Assembly (NCBI GenBank): GCA_028534125.1
Contig: CM052817.1
Coordinates: 45,696,001 to 45,760,000, forward strand
Direction: 5' to 3'
DNA: 64,000 nt
Source: Lama glama
Lineage: Eukaryota
Position numbers and translations under genes: made by a program. Shown here piece by piece: positions 50,201 to 63,280 of the stretch. The notes beneath the pieces are model-generated. The model made no database searches and was not told the DNA's origin. It saw nothing but the letters and a program-made list of their open reading frames with translations. Position 1 is the first letter of the stretch. Every line of letters starts with the position of its first letter.

Positions 50201-53052
50201 TTCAACAGGAGTTTTGGTTCATACTTTCCCTCTCAATACCTGCAAATCCTCCTTAAGAGACCTAATGCAGCCAGGAAGGCACCTGGGATCCCCCCACTGT
50301 GACCACCAGGGTCTGTGAGCTTGGCTCCTCTGGGCACTCCTGACAGTGAGACGGAACCACTGGAGGATGTCAGGTGCTCGTTCTCACACTCTTCCTATGT
50401 ACATGTACCATGGCCACCTTGACAACATCAACCTGCAAAGAGAGACTGGCAGCCAGAACACGATTTACTGCATGCCTGTATGCTGTCAAGTCTGATTCTC
50501 TGTCTGGAAGGTTAGTTCTATTTTTGAACATGGACAGCTTCAGCAAACTAGCTCATCATAGTCTATTATCGTCTTTCACAGCATTTCTTTTTTTTTTTTC
50601 CCTTTCTCTTCCTCTTTTCTTTCTAAAGACATATTTTGAAAACTGTGGTTTTCACTCCTAAGCTGTACATTAGAACCAGGAGATGTTATAAAATTACCAA
50701 CGTGCCAGCTCTAGCCCCAGTTTCAGGTTAAATGCTTTGCTAGGGGGCGGCTACACTGGAATGAAACAGAGTATCAAACCTCAAGACATTAATCATGGAG
50801 TTGGAGACAGTCTCGATTCATCACAGCATTTCTTAAACATGGGAAAGCACCACGACTCTCGGAATGAGCAGAAACCAAAAACTCTCCAGATTTGCCTGTA
50901 TTTCTCAGATATGATTTTGACATTTTCTCCAACTTTAGCTTGGTTTAATTCCATACAGTGAAATTATGTCATGTACTTTGCTACCTTTGAGTTATGAGGA
51001 GACAGAAGGACATGATCAAAAGGAAAGTTCCTTCTTTTTTTCTAGAAAAAAAAATGGATGCAAAATTGCCAAAAGAAAACATAACAGAGAACTAATTCTA
51101 AAATGCCTTTTCTCTTTGTGGTCAGCAGGACCATGTCAGGGGGTGGGGGCTGGTTTCACAATCAATTGCCATTTCAGTTAATTTAAGTGCCAGTATTATT
51201 TTCCCTTCCTTTTCTTCTTGCCTGCACACTGACAAGTAATCAGGGTATGACATGTACAAATTTCAAATCTCATTTGAAGTTGGGATGGTATATCATTCAG
51301 GAAGCACAAAAGTCTTACTATAGAATACAGCACCCAAACACAGTGTGAGGCATAAAACCAGAACAAATCGAACATTTTATTTCCTGACCTGTACAAACTT
51401 GATTATCCAGACCTGATGTTTTAGTAATCTGATTTCCAAATGATGTAATGTTCTTTTCCTTAATTTTTCTTGAGACAAATGCTCTAATTTTATTTGTAGC
51501 ATTTGGGGGAAAGTAAAGTTCAATGTCTAATTTTTCTGATCTATTTAGAGCTATTTTCCTCTGCTTTCTAGGAGACAAACAGAGAAACAGAAATGGGATC
51601 AAATTCTATAAATAAATTATGGTTGGCTTGCCCTTAAATATTATAAACTGCTGAAAAGAAATGAAGTCATAGACGTATATTAATTTTATTTTGAAAGCTG
51701 GCTAAGAGATGGCATTAAAATTAAAGAGCTTTGCAAGAAAGAAAATGAAATGAGGGGGAAAAAAATCCCTGCAAAGACTTTAGAAATAATGAAACACTTA
51801 TATTTCCTTGCCAGCCTCTTCCAAGACATCAAGATCTTCTGTTTGCTGCTTTAGCCACAGTGTTGGTTCGGATACTTAAGAAACCACCAAAGTTGCAGTA
51901 AAAACTGACACCCTGTAAGTGTGTTGCTTAATACTGGTTACATTTTGCCTGATATTCAGCCACTATTTCACCTTCTCTCTATATTAAAATATCCCCCAAG
52001 GAAAAAAAACCCCACAAGTTAAATAACAGCAGAACAAGAGGACCTTACAGGTAGACCTGGATTTGCTTGCATTTTATGACCTTCTTTCATGTCCTTTCAG
52101 AATTTATTTAAGAGTTGGGAGAGTCAGAATGTGTTAGCTGATGAAATTTTTTTTGGAACCAAAACAAACAAAAAAAAAAGAACTACTTTGAACTTGAGTT
52201 TTCATCAGCTCAGCTCATGTGCCAATGTCAACCTCTGTCAGCCCTCCCCACAAGCTTTCCCCATGACACAGTCTATCTCCCTGCAGACAGAGGTCTATGC
52301 TGCCCCACAGCCAAAGCCAGGTGAAGAAATGGGGCTATTGTGAAGATAATTTTAGGTCAGAACACAGGCCAAAAGCCAAGATGGCTTGATATTGCCTAGC
52401 TGTCCTCATTTCATCACTTGGCTTTACGTGGAAACGCACCGCTCCAGGACTTACCCAATGACAAACAACCGTTGAATTGGAGTAATTTTTACTCCACCAA
52501 GAGTACACACCAAGAGTAATGTGAAGGGGAGACTGAACATATCCATTTATGCAAAGCCCTGCAGACCTGGATCTGTTAATGTGGATGAATGTGCTGGACT
52601 GGCCAGGAGGAAAATGAAGCGCTCCTTTGGTTCATCCCTTGACTGAAGTGGCAGCTGTCTAGGGTTTGCCTTTGCACCACATGTAAAGTCCTTACTATTG
52701 CATGAGGATCTTTTGACTGAAAAAAGAACTTCTGCTCTGAGAGAACTGCCTAGTGGACTCTAGGTACCAAACCACCTGTAAAATTAGATACCAAATCCTC
52801 AAAGCTTGCTGTCTCCAGATACTCAAGCCAATCAATTTGGGAGTAAATGGGCTCAAGTAACATCAACCTGGTAATGCCTGCAGCCAAGATCCAGATGCTG
52901 AATGTGAAATCACAGGTAGAATCTGCTCTCAGGCTCAACATGCTTAGACCACGGATACAACCAAAACATCTGGACAGGCATCAAACAGAGTGGATGTTGG
53001 TAGAATAGGTGCCACTCAAATTGGAATCAGATGGTACTGGCATGACTGATGA

Positions 53053-53530
53053 TGACAAAGTCTCTCTCAACTTCAGTCAGTTTCCTCTGAGCCCTCTTCC
53101 TGACTGGACCTCAACCTTGGGGCCCCTTCTGCCCCTCCCCATTCTGTCTTTAACCTGCCTAGCCCAGTCTTAGCAAGAATCCTGCCAAGTCAGTTTGGGG
53201 AGGATCCCCCACCTTTGACATCTGATCACTTTTGATACCTGACCAAGGTCCTCATCCCTCACCTTTGATGTAAAAGTCCTTGACTTGCTTTCAGCAAGAT
53301 TCCTGCTAAGTTGGCTTAGTGAGAATCCTTCTACCCTGGATACCTCCTCTTACAGATTTTCTACTCACTGACCCCCTCACCCTGCTCCCTGACTATAAGT
53401 CTCCACTTGTCCTTGTTGTATTCGGCACTGAGCCCCATCTCTCCCCTGTACTGACTCCTATTTCAATAGTCTCGAATGGAGACCTCCAAAGCATTTTAAC
53501 TAGTGTCAGAATGATTGTTTTCTTTAATGG
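53053..53530 (+). mobile_element. ERV1 solo LTR (MER31-like)
   Basis: tgacaaagtctctct...cctctgagccctcttc...cttagcaagaatcctgccaagtcagttt...tctgatcac, with the internal agcaagaatcctgc motif repeated; ends tttctttaa. Confidence 0.75.
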
Positions 53531-53734
53531 TGGTGACTGTCTTGCATTTAGAGCCAAAAGTCAAGGCATTTTGGTGACAAGAAATGTCATTGTCTGCTTA
53601 GCAGGGAGTTTTCTTTTTCACAATTATTTTGTTTGAATATACTTTAAAAAATCTTTAGTCATTTATTTTAGTTACTTCTCTTACTAGGTAACAAAGAGCC
53701 AATACTGACTATTTTAGTTTTGAGGATTTATCTT

Positions 53735-54205
53735 TAAATAAACTGTTTATTTTGGAATAATTTTAGATTTACAGTGAAGTTGCAGAGATGTCACAGAGAA
53801 TGGCCAGATCTTCTCACCCAGTTTCCCAGCTGTTAGTGTCTTATTTTTGTCAAAATGAAGAAATTGTCATTAAATTTTAAATTTAATGAAAACTGGTATT
53901 AATTACACTTTATTTGGATTTCATCAGTTTTTCCATGTCCTCTTTCTGTTCCAGGATCCAGTCCAGGTACCACACTGAATTCAGTTTTTATGTCTCCAGA
54001 GTCTCGTCTGGTCTGTGAGTTTCTCAGTCTTTCCTTGTTTTCATCACCTTGACAGTCTTGAGTATTGGTCAGGTGTCCAGTAGACTATCTCCCAATTTGT
54101 GTTGGCCTGATGTTTTTTTCACTGGACTGGGGCTATGGGTTTTTGTAAAGAATTCTTGGAAATACAGGTATTTGGAAAGAATAACACAGAAGGGTCCTCA
54201 TCATG
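53735..54205 (-). mobile_element. Old L1 (L1MC-like) 3' fragment
   Basis: tttattttggaataattttagatttacag...cactttatttggatttcatcagtttt...tctgttccaggatcca. Confidence 0.78.
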
Positions 54206-55124
54206 AGATCACGTTTTCGTGATTGTTCTGATTGTTATGTATTGCAAATGTGGCAGCTTTTGCCCAAGGACCTTAGAGCAAGACTCTTCCCATTCCATAG
54301 CTATCCAAAGGAAACCCGCCACCCAAGGCATCAGTGAGGAATCTTACTGAAGAATTCTCATGGTGGAAGATTGGGGGACATAAGGAGGAAGTTACATGGC
54401 ATATCACAGGGCACACATTCATGAAAATCCCCACTAGTATCCATGTTTCCCCTTCTTTCAAAGGAAGCTCAGCCCATGTGGCCCCCACTTACTTGGGCAG
54501 CCTCTGAAGCCCACCAGCTCCAGCTCATCAGTACCCCAATCCCTCCAGCTCCCATCGTATCCGTCGTTACACCCACCAGCCTGTTCAGCAGAGGCCTTCT
54601 GAAGACCCAGCTGCGCTGAGGCGCCTGGTGACTGTAAGTAAGAAATATTTTTTTTCAATCACAGTAGCTTTTTTTCTTTTACACAAAAGAAAGATTTAAA
54701 AAAAAAAACTTTTCTACCCACAATACAACACACAAGGAATGGCATCCACACAGCGTCCACTCATGCAAGTTGAACTAGAGAGCCGAGCAGTTTCTTGGCC
54801 CTGGTGTTGGGGGGAGGGGCGAGGTGGGGGCAGGAGCTTATTTACCTAAACTTTCCATATTGGCTTTTTTCAAGGTCATGTTTCTAAGACAATCACAAAT
54901 TTCACTTACTACTTTGCTTTAGTCGTCTGCCACTTACTCCCGGCCACATCCTGACTAGTCTTTAAGCAAGACTTCCTTTAAGCCTTCCAGAGGAGAAACT
55001 AGCACAGAAATCTCAGGAGGACAGGTCATCAATTCACTCACTCAACAGACAATTATTCCTTGTGTTTAGTTGCTAAGTCAGCTGGTCCCTACCTGTAATG
55101 CAGCTCTTTAAATATGATTTATTT

Positions 55125-55620
55125 ATGTTTTAATTCAATAGATATTTTCTAAGCTCCTACCTAGTGTCTGAGACTGGACTAGAGCCTGGGATTGTGTAGT
55201 AACTAGAGCAGACACAGTCCCTACCCTCACAGAATCTATAGTCTAAGGAGATAGATATTAAACAAATAATCATAAAAATTAAGCATAATTTCAAGCTATG
55301 ACAAGAATCACAAAGAAAATATTAAGGAAGGAGACAAGGAGACCTACTTTGTGTGAGTGTGTGACTTCAAGGGGTGGGAAGGAGCTGATCTGCTTTTTGA
55401 GAGTAGGGGTCAGGGGATGCTCAGCTAAGGAGGAGCTTTCACAGGAGGCCTGAGGGATGAGCAAGAATGAGCCAAGCTGACTGAAAAGCATAGCTCAGGC
55501 TGAAAGGAGGACATGCAGGCATGTTCTAGGAGCTGCAGACAACAGTGTGTCTGGAGCACAAGGACCCATAGGACCTCAGCAATCATGCAGGGCCAGGTTA
55601 AGACCGTGTTCAAGATTGTG
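55125..55620 (-). mobile_element. L2 LINE 3' fragment
   Basis: ttcaatagatattttctaagctcctac...agacacagtccctaccctcacagaatctatagtcta. Confidence 0.7.
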
Positions 55621-56439
55621 AACGCTGTCCTCCCTGCAGGGCAAGAGGTAAGTACCTCCTTCACTGCACGTGGGAGCACTGTGAGAATGGAGAATAAATA
55701 TTTGCTAGCTGACCTGCTGGGCCTGCAACCCCCTGCCCCAGCCCACTCACAGCTCAGGAAGGAGAAGGAGGCAGCAAACCCACAGTTCAGCTCCCTGACG
55801 CCACAAGCCATTCCTCACTAGGGTCTGCTGCAGAGAAGGGCGGAAGCTTCTCTCTGCAGAGGAAGGAAAGAGCTATGTGTTTAGACTGGGTCCCACAACA
55901 GTCCCCCTCAGCACATCTGCTTCTGAGTTCAAGGATAACGAACTCACTGGTTGCTACAAAGACCTGCATCTGCGCCCAATCATCTCTCCTTAACCAATGA
56001 CTCTGCCAAATGGTTCAATCATCTCCATTTTCCAAGGATAAAGAGTTTGGACTCATGTTCTGTAAATAGTATAAGAAGGTCCATTTTTTATTGTTGTTGC
56101 ACTTTGCTTTAACTACCTGGCAAAGGAACAAAAAGTAGAAATAGTATAAGAACAACAAAAAGGAATTAGTTACGAAAATAGCGACCTAGGCACTTTGTTC
56201 TACATGAGCTGCTGCCCATGTATGATATTTCCCATAAGCTTTTGTCAAAACTAAGGACTAAAATATCCATCAATGAGTTAGGGATTATTGGGGATCTACT
56301 GGGGGTGGCAAGCATAGTCAAAAAGAAGGAGTAGAAATGTGTCTGGTGGGGAATAGAGAGATGGCTGACAGAGAGCATGATACTTGGGCAACTGGAACTT
56401 TCTAAAGTAGAAATGATAATCCAACCAAACTTTAGGATA

Positions 56440-56640
56440 ATAAGAGCCTGGGCCAGAAGACCAGATCCTCTGCGTTCTGGTATTAAGTATATTGTTAACT
56501 ATCTGTGTGACCCTAGGAAAGTCAATTTCCCTCTCTGAGCCTCCACATTTGTAAAATGGTGGGAGTATGGCAGCAGAGAAGAGTGAGGAAAGTTTATATA
56601 AATCTCTAAGGTCTCTTGTACGTTAAACATTTTATGATTC
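56440..56640 (+). mobile_element. MIR SINE (old subfamily)
   Basis: ctgtgtgaccctaggaaagtcaatttccctctctgagcctc...tgtaaaatgg...atctctaaggtctct. Confidence 0.75.
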
Positions 56641-56649
56641 CGTAACTCT

Positions 56650-56845
56650 AGACCTCCATTGTCTAATATTATAGCCTCTAGTCATGTGTAGCCATTTAGA
56701 TTTGATAAAATTAAATACAACGAAAATTACAGTTTTTCAATAGCACTGGTCATGTTTTAAATGTTCAACAGCCAAATGCAGTAAACTGGCTGGTGCAGAA
56801 AGAGAACATTTCCGTCATCACAGAAAGTCTTATTGAATAGCCATG
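56650..56845. mobile_element. hAT-Charlie MITE (MER3-like)
   Basis: tgtctaatattatagcctctagtcatgtgtagccattt...gaacatttccgtcatcacagaaagtcttattgaatagc. Confidence 0.72.
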
Positions 56846-56954
56846 TTTTTCTTTATAAAAGTTACTTGAGAAGTCTAATACAAACACTATTCATGCTTTC
56901 AGTTATTGATTTCATTGTAAAATTAACTATTGCTACCATGAATGCAGTTATTAG

Positions 56955-57165
56955 GAACTGACATTTATTGAGTTCTACTATTGCTGGAATTGTAGCAATT
57001 AGGCTATTTTGATTTAATTCTCACAACAACCCCTGAGAGAGGTATCATTATTTTCCACATTTAATAAATGAGGAAAACAAGATTCAGAGTGACAATGTGT
57101 GTTGTCAGAACCACAGAAGGGGCAGAGCTAGGCCTCGAGCCCACTGACTGTAATCCAGAGCCCCC
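56955..57165 (-). mobile_element. MIR SINE
   Basis: acatttattgag...atttaattctcacaacaaccctgagagaggtatcattattttccacatttaataaatgaggaaa. Confidence 0.8.
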
Positions 57166-58349
57166 CTGATGGCTCACTTTGGCCCCAAGCTTAGTCTCTG
57201 GGCTCACTGTCTTATGGCCAAGCCCCATGGATTCCTCACAACCCCCTGCTATGGACACTGGGCCTTTGCACATGCTTTGTCTAGGATGCCCTCCCTTACC
57301 CCCTTTCCTTTATTTGGCAACTTCCTATTTATTTAAAAAAAATAACTCAAATATTACTTCTTCATCAGGCAAAATAGTTGCCCTGTCTGCTTGGGGTTTC
57401 CACTACACTCCATTTACACCTCGAGCATGGAGTTCACCAGGCTGCATTGTAGTCTCTTTTGCGAGTCCGGTCTCCCACCAGACGGTTAGTGCATTCAAGA
57501 TGAAGAGTGTGCCCAGTACCCCCAGTTTAAACAAGGTGCTAAGTCAGTTTGCTAAACGAAAATGTTAAAATACCTTTTTAAGACTGAGTCACCACCTTTT
57601 CCTTCCACTCCATCCTATCGAGATGCTTTCCATTTTCCCTGGAACTTGCGGTTTAGATGCATTCATTATCTGCAAGCAGAGGGCTCCAGAGTCTTCAGGC
57701 AGGGAGGACAGTTAAATACATACATGTATAATCATTTTGCAGACAAGTAGTTCTTTCCAAGTCTCTCTGCAAGCAGGCTGTCTTTTACAGGCGAGGAAAT
57801 ACTATGATTTCCTACCAATTCTGGTGAAGTTCTGTCCACATTTTCTACCCTGCGCCAGGCCTGGGCAGTGCTCTGGGCCACCTGCCTATGGTGACAGAGG
57901 CCATTTAGAAATACTACAGGCCAGCAGGGTGCAGTTTGGCTGTTGTCTTGTTTTATCCCCTCCCCAAAGCAGAAGGACTGCAGCAGCTTTATAAAGTGAT
58001 GTAAAAGTTATTCACAAGGACCTTTGTGCACAGTTAAAAAGACACATGGTCACCCCACACATTCTCCCTGGGAGCAGAACAGAATCCCTCTACTGCCTGC
58101 CACCCTTACCCCAGACAGAACATGGGAGAATAAAGTTATTCCTCCCTTCCCTGTCCTTTAAAGTCATACAGGCACCACTATTTAGAGTCATCCTTTTTTT
58201 CTTGCACATTTTAAAAAGGGCTGAGGTAGGTTCAAATCTAAAAAAAAAAAAAGAAAAAAGAAAAAAAAATGCAAACAACAAAAAGTCCTAATCAATCAAC
58301 CTTACAAAGTCAGAAATATTATTAGAACAAAGGTTAGGAAGAGAGATAC

Positions 58350-58695
58350 TGTTTATTGAAGACTTCTCATGTGTCAGGATTGTTCTGGGTAAATGAATCT
58401 CTTATAATCCAACAACCCCCAAAGATACGTTTAATGATCGCATCTTATAGACGGAGGCATGGAAGCCCAGAAGAGACGTGTTGAATAACTGAAAGAGCGT
58501 GGGTTTAATGGCGGAGTGATCTGGGAGCCAGAAGCCCTGTGGCTTTTGAGGAATTGTTGGACACTTCAAGTCTCCGTGTCCTCATTCAGAAACAGAGACC
58601 AACAGCACCAACCTTCCAGGGCTGTTGTAGAGCCAGATAAGAAAATGCCTGCAACGCACCTAAACACGATGGCCACATCTTACTAGGTTTAATGT
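58350..58695. mobile_element. Two oppositely oriented MIR fragments
   Basis: Antisense 58350-58470 (tgtttattgaagac...catcttatagacggaggca) and sense 58490-58695 (tctccgtgtcctca...agggctgttgtag...gataagaaaatg). Confidence 0.6.
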
Positions 58696-59569
58696 TAGTT
58701 TCGCTTCCCCTCTGCTTGTCTGCTAAATGGCAGAGTTGGAATTCAAAAGCAGGATCATGGGCCCCAAACCAAGTTCTCTGCAGATCAGTAATGAAAACTT
58801 GACTGAGCTGCTCCTCCACCTCTGTGGTGATGGACTCAAACTAGCTGAATCTGAGTCATTCTTACCTTCGTACTGGGCAAAACACTCTCTGTTGTTTTAT
58901 ATATCTATGCCCAGATGTAAATCTTTTAGAAGTCAAAATCAAAACAAATCAATCATGCATCTCCCAGTCCACTGTAAGGTGCCTTCAGCACAGCCTGATC
59001 ACAAAAATATCTTTTCCAGTCACTTAATGTCATAGAACTACTTAGGAAAGAGGTTTAGCATTGGCAAAAGACAATAGAATAATTACTGGGTTTCAGTGCC
59101 TATGGAATTTGCAAAATGCCCATAAGACACAGGGAGAAATAATAGCCTTTTTAGCTTTCCTTGTCCTAAATCTCTCTCATAGTCTCCCTGCTTTGAAGTA
59201 GGCTTTGTACACTTCTTGAAAGAAAAAAAAAAAAAAGCAAGTCCACAAAAAAAAAAGTTCTTGTGAAAAAATGTAGGCTGCATTTAGAACTGGGGAAGAT
59301 CTCAGTCTTCATAGTTTTCTTGCTGGTCAGAGATATATTTGTCCTTGGCTTGGTAAGGAGAAAGATTCTGAAGTTTTAGAAAAAAAGTCTTCAAATTCAT
59401 AATCCAGGGAATGCACTATTTCTCTTACCTTGGAATTTATTTTGCATACAGCTCCTTCTCCACTGCATGAGTCTCTGAAAACAGTCTCATCTGACAACAT
59501 ATTTCCCAGCCTGTGCACCCCTTCCCCACCCCCAATGCCCTAAGAATACTGTAGAGACAGCTGTGCTAC

Positions 59570-59790
59570 AATGAACTGGCGCAAAGCGGGAGTTGTGAGA
59601 TTGGCACTGAGTTTGGCTCAGTACCTTTCTCTGTGGCTTTGGACGTGTAACCTCACTTCTATGAGTCTTGATTTTTCTTGTCTGTAGAATGGGGGTCCTG
59701 GCTGGCTGCCAAGAGCTTGTGAGGACTGAGTCTCATTTTGCACCTGCAAGCTCTGTGGTGACCACAAGGTGCTATTTGAATGTTTTTATT
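59570..59790 (+). mobile_element. MIR SINE (diverged)
   Basis: ctgtggctttggac...ttttcttgtctgtagaatggggg...ttgtgaggactgag. Confidence 0.6.
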
Positions 59791-60531
59791 AGAATTTAAG
59801 GAGCAGGAGCCTGAAGAACTGCCTGCTCAGGGCAGTATTTTCCATTTTTAAATCGACATGCATACTTGCCACTAGTCTAATTAATTTTGGATCAGTTTTT
59901 TTGGGTCCTAGAGTTTGAAAACTAACATAAGTGGCTTCCAGACTACTGAGCTATGTGTATTAAACTTGCTTTTATGCCATTCTACATAACAGACTGTGAT
60001 GGATAAAAACACCAGCCCAGGAAGTCAAAACACCCATGGCTGACTCCCAGGGCTCTCAGTGACCTTAGTGACACAACTCTGAGCCCTTCTGCTGCTCCCT
60101 GACACCCTGCCCTGCCATTCCCTTATATGTAACTTGAAAGGTCACTGTCTTTCTTTGTGAATGACCCAAGCTCGCACACAATGAGTGCATGTAAGAGCAG
60201 CCTGCACATTGGAAGCCACAAACCCAAGTAACTTAAGCTAGCACTGCTGTAGAGCAAGGACACCCTGAAGCACCAGACTACCCCTAGGAGCTTTATGAAT
60301 TTCAAGGAAAGAGCAAGTCATTTAAGGATCAAATCAATCAGAAAGTGAATGTTTGATGTTCTTGAACTTATTAAAACCCAGAGTTCAAGAACTAGATACA
60401 ATCTATGGTTTTTCTCTCAAGGGAAAAAAAGGCACATCAGTTCATCCACGTTGGCTGCGGTTTCCTGGACTTCCTGGCCCTGAGTGATGGATCATCTAAG
60501 TTGGGTAGATCTTGGGTTAAGAAGCTCTTTT

Positions 60532-60689
60532 AGCACAGGGAAATATACACAAAATGTTATGATAAATCATAGAGAAAAAAATGTGACAATGAGTGTGTAT
60601 ATGTCCATGAATGACTGAAAAATTGTGCTGAACACTGGAATTTGACACAACATTGTAAAATGATTATAAATCAATAAAAAATGTTAAAA
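60532..60689 (+). mobile_element. Young 5'-truncated L1 3' end with perfect TSD
   Basis: agcacagggaaatatacacaaaatg...gacacaacattgtaaaatgattataaatcaataaaaaatgttaaaa. Perfect 13-bp TSD aagaagctctttt (60519-60531 / 60690-60702). Confidence 0.92.
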
Positions 60690-63256
60690 AAGAAGCTCTT
60701 TTCAGATTATAAAAGGCAGATAGTAAAACTCATCTCATTTAATCCTCTTATTTAACAGATGACAAGTGTAGGCGTGGAGGTTACCCGGGACCACAGCACG
60801 TATGTTAGACATGGTTTTAAATACGTTGTTTTTTGTTTCCAATTTAAAAATCAACATGCTGTGTTAGAATATAGAGAAAGCTCAGTTATTTGGACTATTT
60901 CATTTACCAGAATATTTTATTCATCATCCCTGTTAAATCAACACCAGCTTATGTATACCTCATCCATTTTCCATACCATAAATTGAATTTATACCTTGAA
61001 AACGATGCCATGGACCAAGAAAGTACAGATTGAATTAACCCAATGTCCCAGTTAAAGCCAAATTGCTAATGCTTATAGAAGGATACTTTACCTACTTGGG
61101 CTTAAACCTAAATTCTTTGATAAATTTTGACCCCTAACTCTTAATCAGGTTTCCTGAATTCACACAGTTTTGAGTTAATGGCCCATATTCTGCCAGATTC
61201 CTCATCAAAACTAGAAGTCAGGTGTTGTTTAAATCTGATGCTAAGAAAAGTGCATTTTTATAAAAATAAAACTGAGAAAATGTGTAAACAATATAATTCA
61301 CACATTTAGGAGTCTGGGTAATGAGGGCCAGCCTTCCCATGGCAGATGGGATTTGGTTTCTGTTTTTCATTCACTGGCATCACAACCAGCAGAAATTGCT
61401 CTTCTGCAGGTGCAGCAGGGTTGATTGTGTTTTCTGAACACAATGCTGGAAAAGGCCATCAGCATCACAAGTGAATCGAAAATGAGCAGGTACAACTATT
61501 GAGCTTACAGCAAGATGTGGTCAACATATCGCTCACTGCGTAATTTCAACACAGCAGTATTTCTTTTTGTTGGATGTTATGAGTCAAACAAGGTCAAATT
61601 TGGGTTGTTAAAAATCTGGCAGTCGTTGCTCAGCAAAGAACATAGGTGCCTTTTCTTTTCCCAGCTGCTCCTGTCGGTCAGGCTTTACCAGAATACAGTT
61701 TGGCACAGCTCTGCAGAAGATAAATGCTGTCACTTTGGCTCATGGAGACTTGACGAAGTAGCAAGCAGCCCATGTCAATAAACCTGTCTCTCTAATTCAA
61801 GTTGTGTGTGCCCTCCTAGAAACCTAATCCTGATTACGTCAAAGAAAAATTGAGTCTTTTCCCTGGAGCTCCTGTCCCTTTGCACACCATCTCAGAAGGC
61901 TGTGGGTTTTTCCTGGATGGTTCTCGCTCAAATGGTGGATGATCTCTTCCCACTAATTTCAAGAAGAATTTGCTGTGGGTAATATGTTAAAGCTTCAGAG
62001 GATGTATTTCAGATCTACCCCTAGTTTCTCTCTCAAGTGCCATGTAGTCTCAAGCAGAAGCCAAGCCACCTTTGGAGAGAAGGTTTCGAAGTGGCCAGAT
62101 CAACTACGGTAGAGTTTATAGCCTCCTGATCCACCAGCTTGACTTGCCAAGGGAGACACGCTGTTCATCAGACGTGCCCCACTTTCCTTCTTCCTCTTGT
62201 CAGGGCCCTTCGGGGTTCGAGCCCCAGCTGATTCATTTGCTTTCCCCTGTCAGATGTCTCTGGAGAGGCCAGGATGTTCTCAGATGTCAGTGGCGGTGGG
62301 GATCACTTTTCAAACTTTAATGTCTCTTGTCACTTCTTTCATTCTGGAAGAATTATCATAAAGTACAATCTGCCGTAGAAAAGTTTGGTCATCCCAAGCG
62401 TGTGTCTCTAACCAGATACATGAGCTGGCTGACCTGCTCACCCCTTATGTAACCTCAGATTTCCTGATTAACTCCTTTAATCTTAATTGTTTTAAAGAAA
62501 AAAATTCAAAGCTTCTAAAGCTCTTTACTCCTCGTCTCCTGGGCACTGATTTTGGGTCCCAGGCTGTCTCACCACATTGCTTTGTCAAAACAATGGCTCT
62601 CCCTGGGACTTAAAAAATATAATGAGGCTGTTCTTTTGCTTTGTAACTTTTTATCTCAGCATGAACTCAACTCTCATCAAGGAGTTTTGTTTATAGTGTC
62701 GGGGCTTTAAACATTTTTTTTATTCCTTTAAGAATAACCCAAATCAGTAAAGGCTTTAGACAGTAGACCTCTTACTTTTCTTAGAATATTTCACTTGCTT
62801 ATATAATCAAACCTATCTAACTAATTAAATCTCCTGTTAAATGAAATTATATTTTTTCCAAAGGGAAGAATTTCAAATGCTGATTTTTCACTCTGATTTA
62901 TAAGGAAAGCTATGATTCCAGAGAACACTGAACAGGCAGCTACAGAACCAAATAAATGTCCATGTTCTACCTTATTAGCACCCTAGTTACTAATCAGAGG
63001 ACAAGCTGTATATATGTCAATGTCTGTTGAATATGTAGAATAACCTGCTTTTTTATGGGGAGGAAATGTTGAATGTTAGACATCACAGAAAATGTATGAA
63101 TCCACTGAATATTAATTTTTCCAGAGAAAAGACATTCTTTTTATGCTACTTGGTCTTCACCTTTAAAAATTCTTCTAAATATTTTAGTTAAGAAGGAAGC
63201 AAGTAAGAAAGGAGAAGAACACACATCCTACCCACAAACATACATATACACACATC

Positions 63257-63280
63257 ACACACACGCACACACACACACAC
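63257..63280 (+). repeat. (CA)n microsatellite (interrupted)
   Basis: cacacacacgcacacacacacacac. Confidence 0.9.
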
